Part shown: piece after piece, positions 1-8,108 of the stretch
How positions within the stretch are numbered: the stretch's first letter is position 1
Layout: every line of letters begins with the position of its first letter
Assembly: GCA_043809585.1 (NCBI GenBank)
Contig: JBDROZ010000104.1
Span: 1 to 54,088 of the forward strand
From: Candidatus Eiseniibacteriota bacterium
GTDB taxonomy: Bacteria; Orphanbacterota; Orphanbacteria; Orphanbacterales; Orphanbacteraceae
Length of the DNA stretch: 54,088 bases
Direction of reading: 5' to 3'
Notes under the pieces: model-generated
What the model was told of the DNA's origin: nothing
What the model saw: the letters and a program-made list of their open reading frames with translations, nothing else
Database searches by the model: none
Position numbers and translations under genes: made by a program

Positions 1-159
1 TGGCGGAAGTCCGACCGCGCCGGGGTACCCGCCGGAGCGAAGCGTCGGCGGGTCGGCGCCGGGAGTACCCGGAGCGCGGCAGCGCGAAGGGTGAAAGTCA
101 GCTTCTCGTCAGGCGATCCGAGCCCTCGTGACGGAGATTCATGCATGATCCAGCCTAGC
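1..159 (-). repeat. Partial copy of a MITE-like/palindromic repeat, cut by the window edge; inverted copy at 53732-53890
   Basis: 1-159 is the reverse complement of 53732-53890 with 7 mismatches by manual comparison; nested hairpins; ends at CTAG. Confidence 0.85.
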
Positions 160-250
160 GGTTTTTCTTTTTGTGACGGTCCTTTTTTAGACGCTTCTTG
201 CGCTTGTGCGTCGCGATCTTCGCGCGCTTGCGCTTCTTGCCACTCGGCAT
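155..250 (-). CDS. Small basic protein, ribosomal protein bS22-like (AURKAIP1/COX24 domain), 31 aa
   Basis: Hand translation MPSGKKRKRAKIATHKRKKRLKKDRHKKKNR*; GAGG upstream of ATG; matches the MPSGKKRKRxKxATHKRKKR pattern of Bacteroidota bS22. Below the ORF-track length cutoff. Confidence 0.85.
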   Translation of the reverse strand: MPSGKKRKRAKIATHKRKKRLKKDRHKKKNR

Positions 251-283
251 GCTGTACCTCCCGGAACCGCGCCTCGACTCGGG

Positions 284-637
284 TTAAAACGTATCCGCCC
301 GGTCGTAACCGCCTTCCGTGGAATGCTCGGTCGACGCAGGCTCCTCTTCCGGCACCGCGTCCGACTGGTCGACCATGTTCTTAAGCTCGCGCGATACTTT
401 GAAATAGGGCACGAGCTTCGCCGGCACGTGGACGGTCTCGCCGGAGCGCGGGTTCCGGGCGATACGGGCCTTGGCGTACTTGATCTTGAAGCTGCCGAAT
501 CCCCGGATCTCCACATGCCCATTGTTGACCAGCGTTTGGCTGATCGCTTCCAGGAACCCGTCGACGATCAGGGCGACGTCCTTCTTGTGCAGCCCCGTAG
601 CCTGCACGACCTCGTCCACCAGATCAGCTTTCGTCAT
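284..637 (-). CDS. ihfB: HU/IHF-family DNA-binding protein (IHF beta-like) with acidic C-terminal tail
   Basis: MTKADLV...VEIRGFGSF...ARNPRSGE...VPYFK signature. Confidence 0.85.
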   Translation of the reverse strand: MTKADLVDEVVQATGLHKKDVALIVDGFLEAISQTLVNNGHVEIRGFGSFKIKYAKARIARNPRSGETVHVPAKLVPYFKVSRELKNMVDQSDAVPEEEPASTEHSTEGGYDRADTF

Positions 638-709
638 CGGAACCCTCCCGATTGGTATCCCCGGTCGGCCGCGGGGCCTCCGGGATCGACGCCAGACTGT
701 CCGGAGCGA

Positions 710-738
710 AAATTATCACGCGTCATGGAAGCTGTCAA
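710..738 (-). promoter_or_regulatory. Putative sigma-70 promoter for the IHF/bS22 genes
   Basis: TTGACA-N17-TAATTT on the minus strand. Confidence 0.5.
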
Positions 739-745
739 CTCTTTT

Positions 746-1792
746 TTATTGCGTGACTTGGGGCTCCCGGCCCGGTACGGCGAGGTCGAAGCCGGTCCTC
801 TTCTCGCCGGGGCGGAGCCGAACCGGTCGCTCCAGGAGCGCCGGCAGGAGGGATTCGAGGCCCTCCGAAACCCCCCGGGACTCGGTTCCCCGAAGCAGGA
901 GGATGGTGTAGGAGCCGGCCGGAATCCCCGTAAGTGAGTAGGATCCCGTCGAATCGGGCGCGCCGAACTCGGGGGGGACCGTGTCCGTCTCGGCCCGCAG
1001 GGCGACGACCAGGGTGTCGGTCGAATCGATGGGAGTCACCATGCCCGAAAGAGTTGCGGGCGTCGCCGCATCCACGAGGGTGATGCGCACCGAGTCCGCC
1101 ACCGGGGCGTCCGACGTCAACAACAGGGTGTCCGAAAAGCCGTAGAACTCGAAATCGTAATCGACGATCCCGTCGTCATCGTCGTCCTGGAACGCGAGCG
1201 CGAGGAGGGTCCGGGACGAGTCCACCGGAAGGTGAAGCAGCGTGAATGCACCGTTTTCGGCGGTTTCACTCTCGATAAGCACCTCCATGGAGCCCTCCTC
1301 CACGGCGGCACGGACGACGCGGATCGTGACGGGGGGCGCCTCCCTCCCCTTCTGGATGTTCTCGACGGCGCCGCCGACGCGCCCCTCCCCGAGTTCGGCG
1401 CCGGAGGTGTAGGTGAACACCACGGGCGTCCCGAGCTTATTGCCCCGCCGGTCTTCGGCCCGGGCCGAGACGGTGACGGTCACGGGGCGGCCGTCGTCCG
1501 GCGCGGCGCCGCTCGTCCGGTCCGTGTCTACAAGAAGTGTCGTCTCCTTCCACTCGGTCCGGGTCCACTCGGGGGTCGGGAATAGACGGAGCGTCTTCTC
1601 CACGGTCCGCTTGTTCATCTTCTCGCTGAACTCGATCCGGATCGTGTGGGGGAACGGGACGCCCGTCGAATCGGCGGCCGGAAAGAGGAGGACCACCTGG
1701 GGGGGAACGTCGTCCACCGGCCCCCCCGGCGGGGAGCCCATCTGGGCGCACGCCGCCAGGAGAAGAAGAAGGACCGGAAGGGCGGGTCTCAT
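746..1792 (-). CDS. Lipoprotein with Ig-like (Big_5) and carboxypeptidase-regulatory-like domains
   Basis: Start MRPALPVLLLLLAAC (lipobox) then AQMGSPPGGPVDDVPP; ATGA overlap with the argF stop. Start trimmed from ORF 746..2752. Confidence 0.75.
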   Translation of the reverse strand: MRPALPVLLLLLAACAQMGSPPGGPVDDVPPQVVLLFPAADSTGVPFPHTIRIEFSEKMNKRTVEKTLRLFPTPEWTRTEWKETTLLVDTDRTSGAAPDDGRPVTVTVSARAEDRRGNKLGTPVVFTYTSGAELGEGRVGGAVENIQKGREAPPVTIRVVRAAVEEGSMEVLIESETAENGAFTLLHLPVDSSRTLLALAFQDDDDDGIVDYDFEFYGFSDTLLLTSDAPVADSVRITLVDAATPATLSGMVTPIDSTDTLVVALRAETDTVPPEFGAPDSTGSYSLTGIPAGSYTILLLRGTESRGVSEGLESLLPALLERPVRLRPGEKRTGFDLAVPGREPQVTQ

Positions 1793-2703
1793 CCCATGAG
1801 CCTTTCCATGATCGCCTTCTGGGCGTGGAGCCGGTTCTCCGCCTCGTCGAAGACCACCGAGTGGGGGCCGTCGATCACTTCGTCCGTGATCTCCTCCCCC
1901 CGGTGGGCGGGGAGGCAGTGGAGGACGAGGACGCTCTTCTTGGCGACTTCGACGAGCGCCTGATTCAACCGGAAGGGGGCCATGATCTTCGCCCGGGCTT
2001 CCTTCTCGCTCTCCTGGCCCATGCTCGCCCAGACGTCGGTGTAGAGGACGTCCGCGTCCTTCGCCGCTTCCTTCGGATCGTGGAGGACTTCGATCTCCCC
2101 CGCCCCCCGGGCCCGCGCCGCGGCGACGATCCCATCGTCCGGCTCGAACCCTTCCGGCACGGCGACGCGGAGGCGGAAGGGGAGCACCCCGGCGGCGTTG
2201 ATCCACGAGTGGGCCACGTTGTTCCCGTCGCCGAAGAAGGCGACGGTCATGTCGTCCAGGCTTTTCCGATGTTCCAGGATGGTCTGGAGATCGGCCATGA
2301 TCTGGCACGGGTGGAGGAGATCGGTCAGACCGTTGATGATCGGGATCGGCGTGTTCTTCGCGAGCTCCACGACGGGTCCGTGGGCGAAGGTGCGGATCAT
2401 GACGCCGTCGAGGTACCGGCCGAGGACCTGCCCCACGTCCTTCACCGATTCGCGGCTCCCGAGCCCGAACTCCCTCTCCGTGAAGTAGAGGGCCGTGCCG
2501 CCGAGCTGGTGGGCGCCGACGTCGAAGCTGACCCGCGTACGGAGGCTCGGCTTGTGGAAGATCATGCCGAGCACCTTGTTCTTCAGGGGCCGTTTCGCCC
2601 GCCCCTCCTTCCACTCCTTCTTCCCCTCGATTGCGCGACGGAGAAGCTCCTCCATCTCGGACCGATCGAGGTCCGAAATCGCCAAGAAGTCCTTTCCGAG
2701 CAT
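1789..2703 (-). CDS. argF: Ornithine carbamoyltransferase
   Basis: SLRTR, HPCQ, DVWASMG and HCLP motifs. Confidence 0.95.
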   Translation of the reverse strand: MLGKDFLAISDLDRSEMEELLRRAIEGKKEWKEGRAKRPLKNKVLGMIFHKPSLRTRVSFDVGAHQLGGTALYFTEREFGLGSRESVKDVGQVLGRYLDGVMIRTFAHGPVVELAKNTPIPIINGLTDLLHPCQIMADLQTILEHRKSLDDMTVAFFGDGNNVAHSWINAAGVLPFRLRVAVPEGFEPDDGIVAAARARGAGEIEVLHDPKEAAKDADVLYTDVWASMGQESEKEARAKIMAPFRLNQALVEVAKKSVLVLHCLPAHRGEEITDEVIDGPHSVVFDEAENRLHAQKAIMERLMG

Positions 2704-2753
2704 TCTCTCTCCTCCAAGTCCGCGGGCGATTCCCTCCCCCGCGCGGGTTCATC

Positions 2754-2837
2754 CCCTTCGATACGGATCTCCGGTCCTACGGAGGACAGGCTTCGATGCA
2801 CCGCCGCATTCCGCTTTGCGGCACTCAGGACGAACGG
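2754..2837 (+). repeat. REP-like palindromic repeat, tandem/composite copy
   Basis: CCCTTCGATACGG...ACTCAGGACGAACGG flanks match those at 5839-5889 and 6207-6251; two internal hairpins. Confidence 0.75.
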
Positions 2838-2904
2838 TGGGGAGCGCTCCCCTCCCGCGTCCGGCACGTGCGGTCCTCACCTCGAGGTCGATCGAGGAAT
2901 GATC

Positions 2905-4296
2905 TTACAGAATAAAACGGCTGAGGTCGACGTCGCCGGCGAGGGCGCCGAGCTTCTTCTCCACCATCGCCCGGTCGACGCGGATCGGCTCCGTCCCCGC
3001 CTCGGGGAGTTCGAAGAGCCCCTCTTCGAGGAGGGCCGAGAGGAGCGTGTGGAGCCGGCGGGCGCCGATGTTCTCGGTCCGCTCGTTGACCGTCTGGGCG
3101 AGGCGGGCGATCTCGGCGACCGCCTCGTCGTCGAAAGTGAGTTCCGCCCCCTCGGAGGCGACGAGGGCGGCGTACTGTTTGAGGAGCGAGTTTTCCGGTT
3201 CCTTCAGAATGCGCACGAAATCGTCCGCCGTCAGCGAATCGAGTTCCACCCGGATCGGGAAGCGGCCCTGCAGCTCCGGGATCAGGTCGGACGGCCTCGC
3301 GTGATGAAACGCACCGGCGCCGATGAAGAGGATGTGCTCCGTCGAGACGGTGCCGTACTTGGTCGGCACCTGAGATCCCTCGACGATGGGCAGGAGGTCG
3401 CGCTGCACGCCCTCGCGGGAGACGTCCGGACCCTGTTCCCGCTCCCTCCCGCCGGCGATCTTGTCGATCTCGTCGAGGAAGATGATCCCCCCCTGCTCGG
3501 CGCGCCGCTTCCCCTCTTCCACCGCCCGGTCCTTTTCGACCAGACCGTCCAGCTCCTGGTCGAGGAGGATGCGCCTCGCCTCGGAGACCTTCACCCGGGA
3601 ACGTTTCCGCTTCTTCGGCATCATCCGCTCGAGGGAACTCTGCAAGCCCTGGTCCATCTGGTGCATGCCGCTCGCGGCGAAAAGATCGAAGAGGGGCGCC
3701 CCCTTCTCGGGGACTTCGATGCTGACGTAGCGGTCGTCCAGCTTCCCCGACCGCAATTGCTCGAGGAGCGGCTCCTCCCGCGGCGGCGGCGGGGACTCGG
3801 CGACTCCCGCCGGGTCCACCGAGATGACATCTCTCCGCCGGTCGGCGGCGACCCGGATGTCCGGCGTCAGGAGATCGGCGATCTTCTCCTCGGACCGGTG
3901 GCGCGCTTCATCGAAGGCGGCGTCCCTGAGCTCCTTCTCCACCTCGTGGATGCCCGCTTCGACCAGGTCCCGCACCATGGACTCCACGTCCCTGCCGACG
4001 TAGCCGACCTCGGTGAACTTGGAGGCCTCCACCTTGATGAAGGGGGCGCGGGCGACCCGGGCGAGGCGCCGGGCGATCTCCGTCTTCCCGACCCCCGTCG
4101 GCCCGATCATGAGGATGTTGTTCGGGAGGATCTCCTCCCGGATCTCCTCCGGGGCTTCGCGGCGGCGCCACCGGTTGCGCAGCGCGATGGCGACCGCCTT
4201 CTTCGCCTTCGACTGGCCGATGACGAACCGGTCGAGCTCCCGGACCACCTCGGTCGGCGTGGGAAGATCGTGAAAGGGACGGGCCGGGCCGCTCAC
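2905..4296 (-). CDS. hslU: ATP-dependent protease ATPase subunit HslU
   Basis: [49 protein letters not shown] start overlapping the hslV stop. Confidence 0.95.
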   Translation of the reverse strand: MSGPARPFHDLPTPTEVVRELDRFVIGQSKAKKAVAIALRNRWRRREAPEEIREEILPNNILMIGPTGVGKTEIARRLARVARAPFIKVEASKFTEVGYVGRDVESMVRDLVEAGIHEVEKELRDAAFDEARHRSEEKIADLLTPDIRVAADRRRDVISVDPAGVAESPPPPREEPLLEQLRSGKLDDRYVSIEVPEKGAPLFDLFAASGMHQMDQGLQSSLERMMPKKRKRSRVKVSEARRILLDQELDGLVEKDRAVEEGKRRAEQGGIIFLDEIDKIAGGREREQGPDVSREGVQRDLLPIVEGSQVPTKYGTVSTEHILFIGAGAFHHARPSDLIPELQGRFPIRVELDSLTADDFVRILKEPENSLLKQYAALVASEGAELTFDDEAVAEIARLAQTVNERTENIGARRLHTLLSALLEEGLFELPEAGTEPIRVDRAMVEKKLGALAGDVDLSRFIL

Positions 4297-4826
4297 TTCA
4301 ACTCCTCCACCACGATGTGGTCGTTGGTGTAGATGCAGAGGCCGGCGGCGATCTTCATCGACCGTTCCACGATGGCGGCCGGTTCGAGATCGGTCTCCGC
4401 CACGAGGGCCCTCGCGGCGGCGAGGGCGTACCCCCCGCCGGAGCCGATGCCGAGGATGCCGTCGTCCGGCTCGATCACCTCGCCGGTCCCCGAGATGAGA
4501 AGGGTGTGCTCCTTGTCCATCGCGGCGAGGAGCGCCTCGAGCCGCCGGAGAACCCGGTCGCTCCGCCAATCGCGGGCGAGCTCGACGGCGGCCCGCGGGA
4601 GGTTGCCCGAATGGGCGTCGAGCTTCCCCTCGAGCCTTTCGAAGAGCGTGAATGCGTCGGCCACGGCGCCGGCGAAACCGACGAGGATCTTCCCCTGATA
4701 GATGAGCCGGACCTTGCGGGCCGAGGCCTTCATGATCTGCTTGTCGAGGGTGACCTGGCCGTCTCCCCCCATGGCGACCTTGCCGTTTCGCCGGACGCCG
4801 AGGATGGTGGTGCTTCGTACTTTCAT
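4293..4826 (-). CDS. hslV: ATP-dependent protease peptidase subunit HslV
   Basis: [11 protein letters not shown] (N-terminal Thr nucleophile), GDGQVT, GSGG, CIYTN. Confidence 0.95.
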   Translation of the reverse strand: MKVRSTTILGVRRNGKVAMGGDGQVTLDKQIMKASARKVRLIYQGKILVGFAGAVADAFTLFERLEGKLDAHSGNLPRAAVELARDWRSDRVLRRLEALLAAMDKEHTLLISGTGEVIEPDDGILGIGSGGGYALAAARALVAETDLEPAAIVERSMKIAAGLCIYTNDHIVVEELK

Positions 4827-4831
4827 GGTTT

Positions 4832-5725
4832 TCACTCCGCGCGGGGATGGGCCCGCTCGTAAACGCGCCGGAGGCGCTGGGCGGTCGTGTGAGTGTACCT
4901 CTGGGTGCTCGAGAGGTGGCGGTGGCCGAGCAGCTCCTGCACCGCCCGGAGATCGGCCCCCCCGTCGAGCAGGTGGGTCGCGAAGGAATGGCGAAGGGAG
5001 TGGACCGTGAGGCCCTCCCCGACGAGACGGAGATAGCGGCCGACCCGGCGCTGGATGCCCCGGGCCGAGAGCCTTCCGCCGGTCCGGTTCAGGAATAAGG
5101 GCGACCTCCTCCCCGCCCCCGCTCGCCACGGGTCCGTGACATGCCGGAGATCGAGGTACGTGCGGATCGAACGGACCGCCTCCCGCCCGAGGGGGACGAT
5201 CCTCTCCCGGTTCCCTTTGCCGACCACCTTCACTTCCCGGTTGTCGAGATCGAGGTCGCCGAGGGAGAGGGTCTGGGCTTCGGCGAGGCGGAGGCCGGCG
5301 CCGTAGATCAGCTCGATGATGGCGAGGTCCCGGGAGGCGAAGAGGCCCTCGGGCATCGAGACGAGACGGTTCACCTGGTCTTCGGTGAGGAAGGCGGGGA
5401 GGGGTCGGTCGGGTTTCGGGAAGGAGACGAGGGTGGCCGGGCTCGACTCGACGAGGCCGGCGCGATGGCACTCCTTGAAGAAGGACTTGATCGCGGCGAG
5501 GGCCCGGTGGCGGGTGCTCTTCGCGAGACGCTGATCGTAGAGACGGGCGAGGTACGATCGGATGACGCCTGCCGTCGCGGAACCCGTCGCCGGGTCGTCC
5601 TCGCCGGTCTCCATCACGACGTACTCGTGGAAGCGGCCGAGATCCCGCCGGTACGCCTCGATGGTTCGGGGCGAGTAGCGGCGGGACTCGAGCGTGGCGA
5701 GGAAGTCGTCGATGGCGCGTCGCAT
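4832..5725 (-). CDS. xerC: Tyrosine recombinase XerC
   Basis: [37 protein letters not shown] catalytic motifs; canonical trmFO-xerC-hslVU context. Confidence 0.9.
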   Translation of the reverse strand: MRRAIDDFLATLESRRYSPRTIEAYRRDLGRFHEYVVMETGEDDPATGSATAGVIRSYLARLYDQRLAKSTRHRALAAIKSFFKECHRAGLVESSPATLVSFPKPDRPLPAFLTEDQVNRLVSMPEGLFASRDLAIIELIYGAGLRLAEAQTLSLGDLDLDNREVKVVGKGNRERIVPLGREAVRSIRTYLDLRHVTDPWRAGAGRRSPLFLNRTGGRLSARGIQRRVGRYLRLVGEGLTVHSLRHSFATHLLDGGADLRAVQELLGHRHLSSTQRYTHTTAQRLRRVYERAHPRAE

Positions 5726-5838
5726 GGTGAGAGAATACGGGGCGGCGGAGGATCCGGCAAGGGGGACGGGAGGAAGGGTGGAGCGGGCCGGATGGGGAAA
5801 GGAACGCGGAAAGGGCCGGGAACGAGGACCCCCTACCC

Positions 5839-5889
5839 CCGTTCGTCCTGAGTAGGATCCGAACGGAGTGAGGATCCGTATCGAAGGGC
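5839..5889 (-). repeat. REP-like repeat, left flank of the GIY-YIG gene
   Basis: Reverse complement reads GCCCTTCGATAC-GGATCC-loop-GGATCC-TACTCAGGACGAACGG. Confidence 0.8.
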
Positions 5890-5905
5890 GGCAGGCGAAG
5901 TAGGT

Positions 5906-6193
5906 CTATTCCCTGCGTTTCTTCCTGGCCAATGCCTTGATGCGCTCCCAATCTCCCCGGATCAGGGCTTCTTTCTTATCTCTCGACCAACCCTTGATCT
6001 GACGTTCGCTATCCTTCGCCTCCACCCGAGTCGGAAAAGCAGCGCTCCATACGAGTTGAACCGGCAGGCGTTCCGATGTGTAACCGAGGATGAGCCCGGA
6101 TTCGTGGGCCGCCAGTCTCTCTTCGAGGTTGTCCGTGTGCCCCGTGTGGTAGGAGCCGTCACGACAACGGAGAATGTATACGCAGAACGCCAT
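5906..6193 (-). CDS. Small GIY-YIG nuclease family protein (UPF0213/YhbQ-like)
   Basis: [28 protein letters not shown]...YT...[16 protein letters not shown]. Confidence 0.9.
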   Translation of the reverse strand: MAFCVYILRCRDGSYHTGHTDNLEERLAAHESGLILGYTSERLPVQLVWSAAFPTRVEAKDSERQIKGWSRDKKEALIRGDWERIKALARKKRRE

Positions 6194-6206
6194 GATCTTG
6201 CACTGG

Positions 6207-6251
6207 GCCCTTCGATACGGCCCCCTTCGGGGGCCTACTCAGGACGAACGG
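6207..6251 (+). repeat. REP-like repeat, right flank of the GIY-YIG gene (inverted relative to 5839-5889)
   Basis: GCCCTTCGATAC-GGCCCCC-TTC-GGGGGCC-TACTCAGGACGAACGG. Confidence 0.8.
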
Positions 6252-6498
6252 TTGGTGGTGGTAGTTTGATTCAATGATTGCCGCATTTCTAATGTCCCAT
6301 CCACAGGACGCGGAAGGCCGCCTTCGTGCGGCTCGGAAAGCCCGGCCGATGGGGCAATACTTCTGCGATCGTCACTAGTGGTACCCCGCCGCCGCACCGC
6401 AAGAGCTCTTTGAGCTGGCGCGCGGCACAACCATAGCCACAGCCCAGGCGCCCGGGTAGGCGGACGCCTCTCTTCTTCTTTTCGCGCGATCGGCCGGA

Positions 6499-6524
6499 TG
6501 GATCCCTGCCTGCGCAGGGATGAC
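6499..6524 (-). repeat. Second-type palindromic repeat (GTCATCCCTGCGCAGGCAGGGATCCA; CGTC-REP/dRS3-like)
   Basis: Stem ATCCCTGC/GCAGGGAT preceded by GTC; single copy in the window. Confidence 0.55.
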
Positions 6525-6757
6525 AATCATATGGAGCCACTCGGTCCTTTCCCCTCGGAAGTCCTTGCTGATCACTCGAAACCACGGGCGGGTGGCGCCG
6601 GCGGGGGCCCGCGAGGAGCGCAGCCACCAAGCGCAAGATCCCGGTGACCGGCACAACACCGATGACGAAACGCGCGGTGCACACCCGGCCGACCGAAAGA
6701 GTCACCGCGCGACTGGCGAGCACTGCAGCGGGCGGCCGGCGACAGGACCTGCCAGTA

Positions 6758-8101
6758 CTATGACTCTGAGGCCCCCAGATCCGGCTGGCGCGCGACCATC
6801 CGGTTGAACGAGCGCACCGCCCTCTCCCATACCGCCTCCTGCCGTTCGCGCTTCTTGCGGACTCGCTTATCCAATGCCGGGAAGAGACCGAAGTGGATGT
6901 TCGTCGGCTGGAAGTCGTCCGGGTCGGCGTCTTGCAGGAAATGGAGCAGCGATCCGATGGCCGTTTCCCGGGCCCAATCGACGGGTGAATCGCCGCGGAG
7001 GTCCCGCGCCGTCTCGATCGCGGCCACGAGCCCCATGGCGATCGACTCCACGTACCCCTCGACCCCCGTGATCTGTCCCGCGAGCCGGACGCGCGGTTTC
7101 GCGCGAAGGGAGAGCCGCGAATCCAGCACCTTCGGCGCGCAGAGGAACGTGTTCCGGTGCAGGCTCCCGTAGCGAAGGAACTCGGCGTCCTCCATGCCCG
7201 GCAACATCCGAAAGATCCGCTTCTGCTCCCCGCGGCGCATCCGCGTCTGGCAGCCGACCAAATTCCACGCCGTCCCCTCCCGGTTCTCCATCCGGAGTTG
7301 GATCGCCGCGTACGGCCTCTCCCCCGTCGACGGATCGACGAGCCCCACCGGCTTCAGGGGACCGAAGCGGAGAGAGTTCCGCCCCCGCCGGGCGATCTCC
7401 TCGATCGGCAGGCACGCCTCGAAGAAAAGGTCCTTTTCGAACTCGTGAATCGGGTAGAGGTCGGCGGCGAGAATGCCCTCCACGAAACGCCCGTACGATT
7501 CTTCCGTGAGGGGAACGTTCAGGTAGTCCTCTCCCCCCTTCCCGTACCGGGAGGCGGCGAAGACCCTTGTCAAGTCGATCGACTCGCCGCCCACGACCGG
7601 GGCGATGGCGTCGTAGAAGAAGAGGCGCTCGTTCCCGACGATTCGTACGAGATCCGTGGCGAGGGCGTCCGACGTGAGGGGACCCGTGGCGACGATGACG
7701 TGGCCGTCCTCCGGGATGGAAAGGAACTCCTCCCGCACGACCTCGATCAGGGGCTCCGACTCGATCTTTCCCGTCACGAGGGAGGCGAACTTCTCCCGGT
7801 CCACGGCGAGGGCGGACCCGGCGGGCACCCCCGTCTCCCGGGCGGCGCCGACGAGGAGCGATCCGAGCCCTTCGAGCTCCCTCTTCAAGAGGGCGGGCGC
7901 GCTCGGCGCCCGCTCCGACTTGAACGAGTTGGAGCAGACCAGTTCGGCGAGGTTTCCGGTCCGATGGGCTTCGGTCGACTTGGCGGGGCGCATCTCGAAG
8001 AGACGGACCTCGAGGCCACGGCGGGCGAGCTGCCACGCCGCTTCGGAGCCGGCGAGACCTCCGCCGACCACCGTGACCGGACGGCCCGTGGAATCGCTCA
8101 T
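6758..8101 (-). CDS. trmFO: Methylenetetrahydrofolate--tRNA-(uracil-54)-methyltransferase TrmFO
   Basis: GGGLAGSEAAWQ, ELVCSNSF, FYDAIAP, AGQITGVEGYVES. Confidence 0.95.
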   Translation of the reverse strand: MSDSTGRPVTVVGGGLAGSEAAWQLARRGLEVRLFEMRPAKSTEAHRTGNLAELVCSNSFKSERAPSAPALLKRELEGLGSLLVGAARETGVPAGSALAVDREKFASLVTGKIESEPLIEVVREEFLSIPEDGHVIVATGPLTSDALATDLVRIVGNERLFFYDAIAPVVGGESIDLTRVFAASRYGKGGEDYLNVPLTEESYGRFVEGILAADLYPIHEFEKDLFFEACLPIEEIARRGRNSLRFGPLKPVGLVDPSTGERPYAAIQLRMENREGTAWNLVGCQTRMRRGEQKRIFRMLPGMEDAEFLRYGSLHRNTFLCAPKVLDSRLSLRAKPRVRLAGQITGVEGYVESIAMGLVAAIETARDLRGDSPVDWARETAIGSLLHFLQDADPDDFQPTNIHFGLFPALDKRVRKKRERQEAVWERAVRSFNRMVARQPDLGASES

Positions 8102-8108
8102 GGCGCCG

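Noticed and set aside
4832-5725. Tyrosine recombinase as a phage or integron integrase
   Set aside because: Size, motifs and trmFO/hslVU context indicate chromosomal XerC; no att sites or cassettes seen.
6440-6720. ZMP/ZTP riboswitch fragments (CGCCTGGGC and GACTGGCG)
   Set aside because: The two pieces lie on opposite strands and are not upstream of a purine or folate gene.
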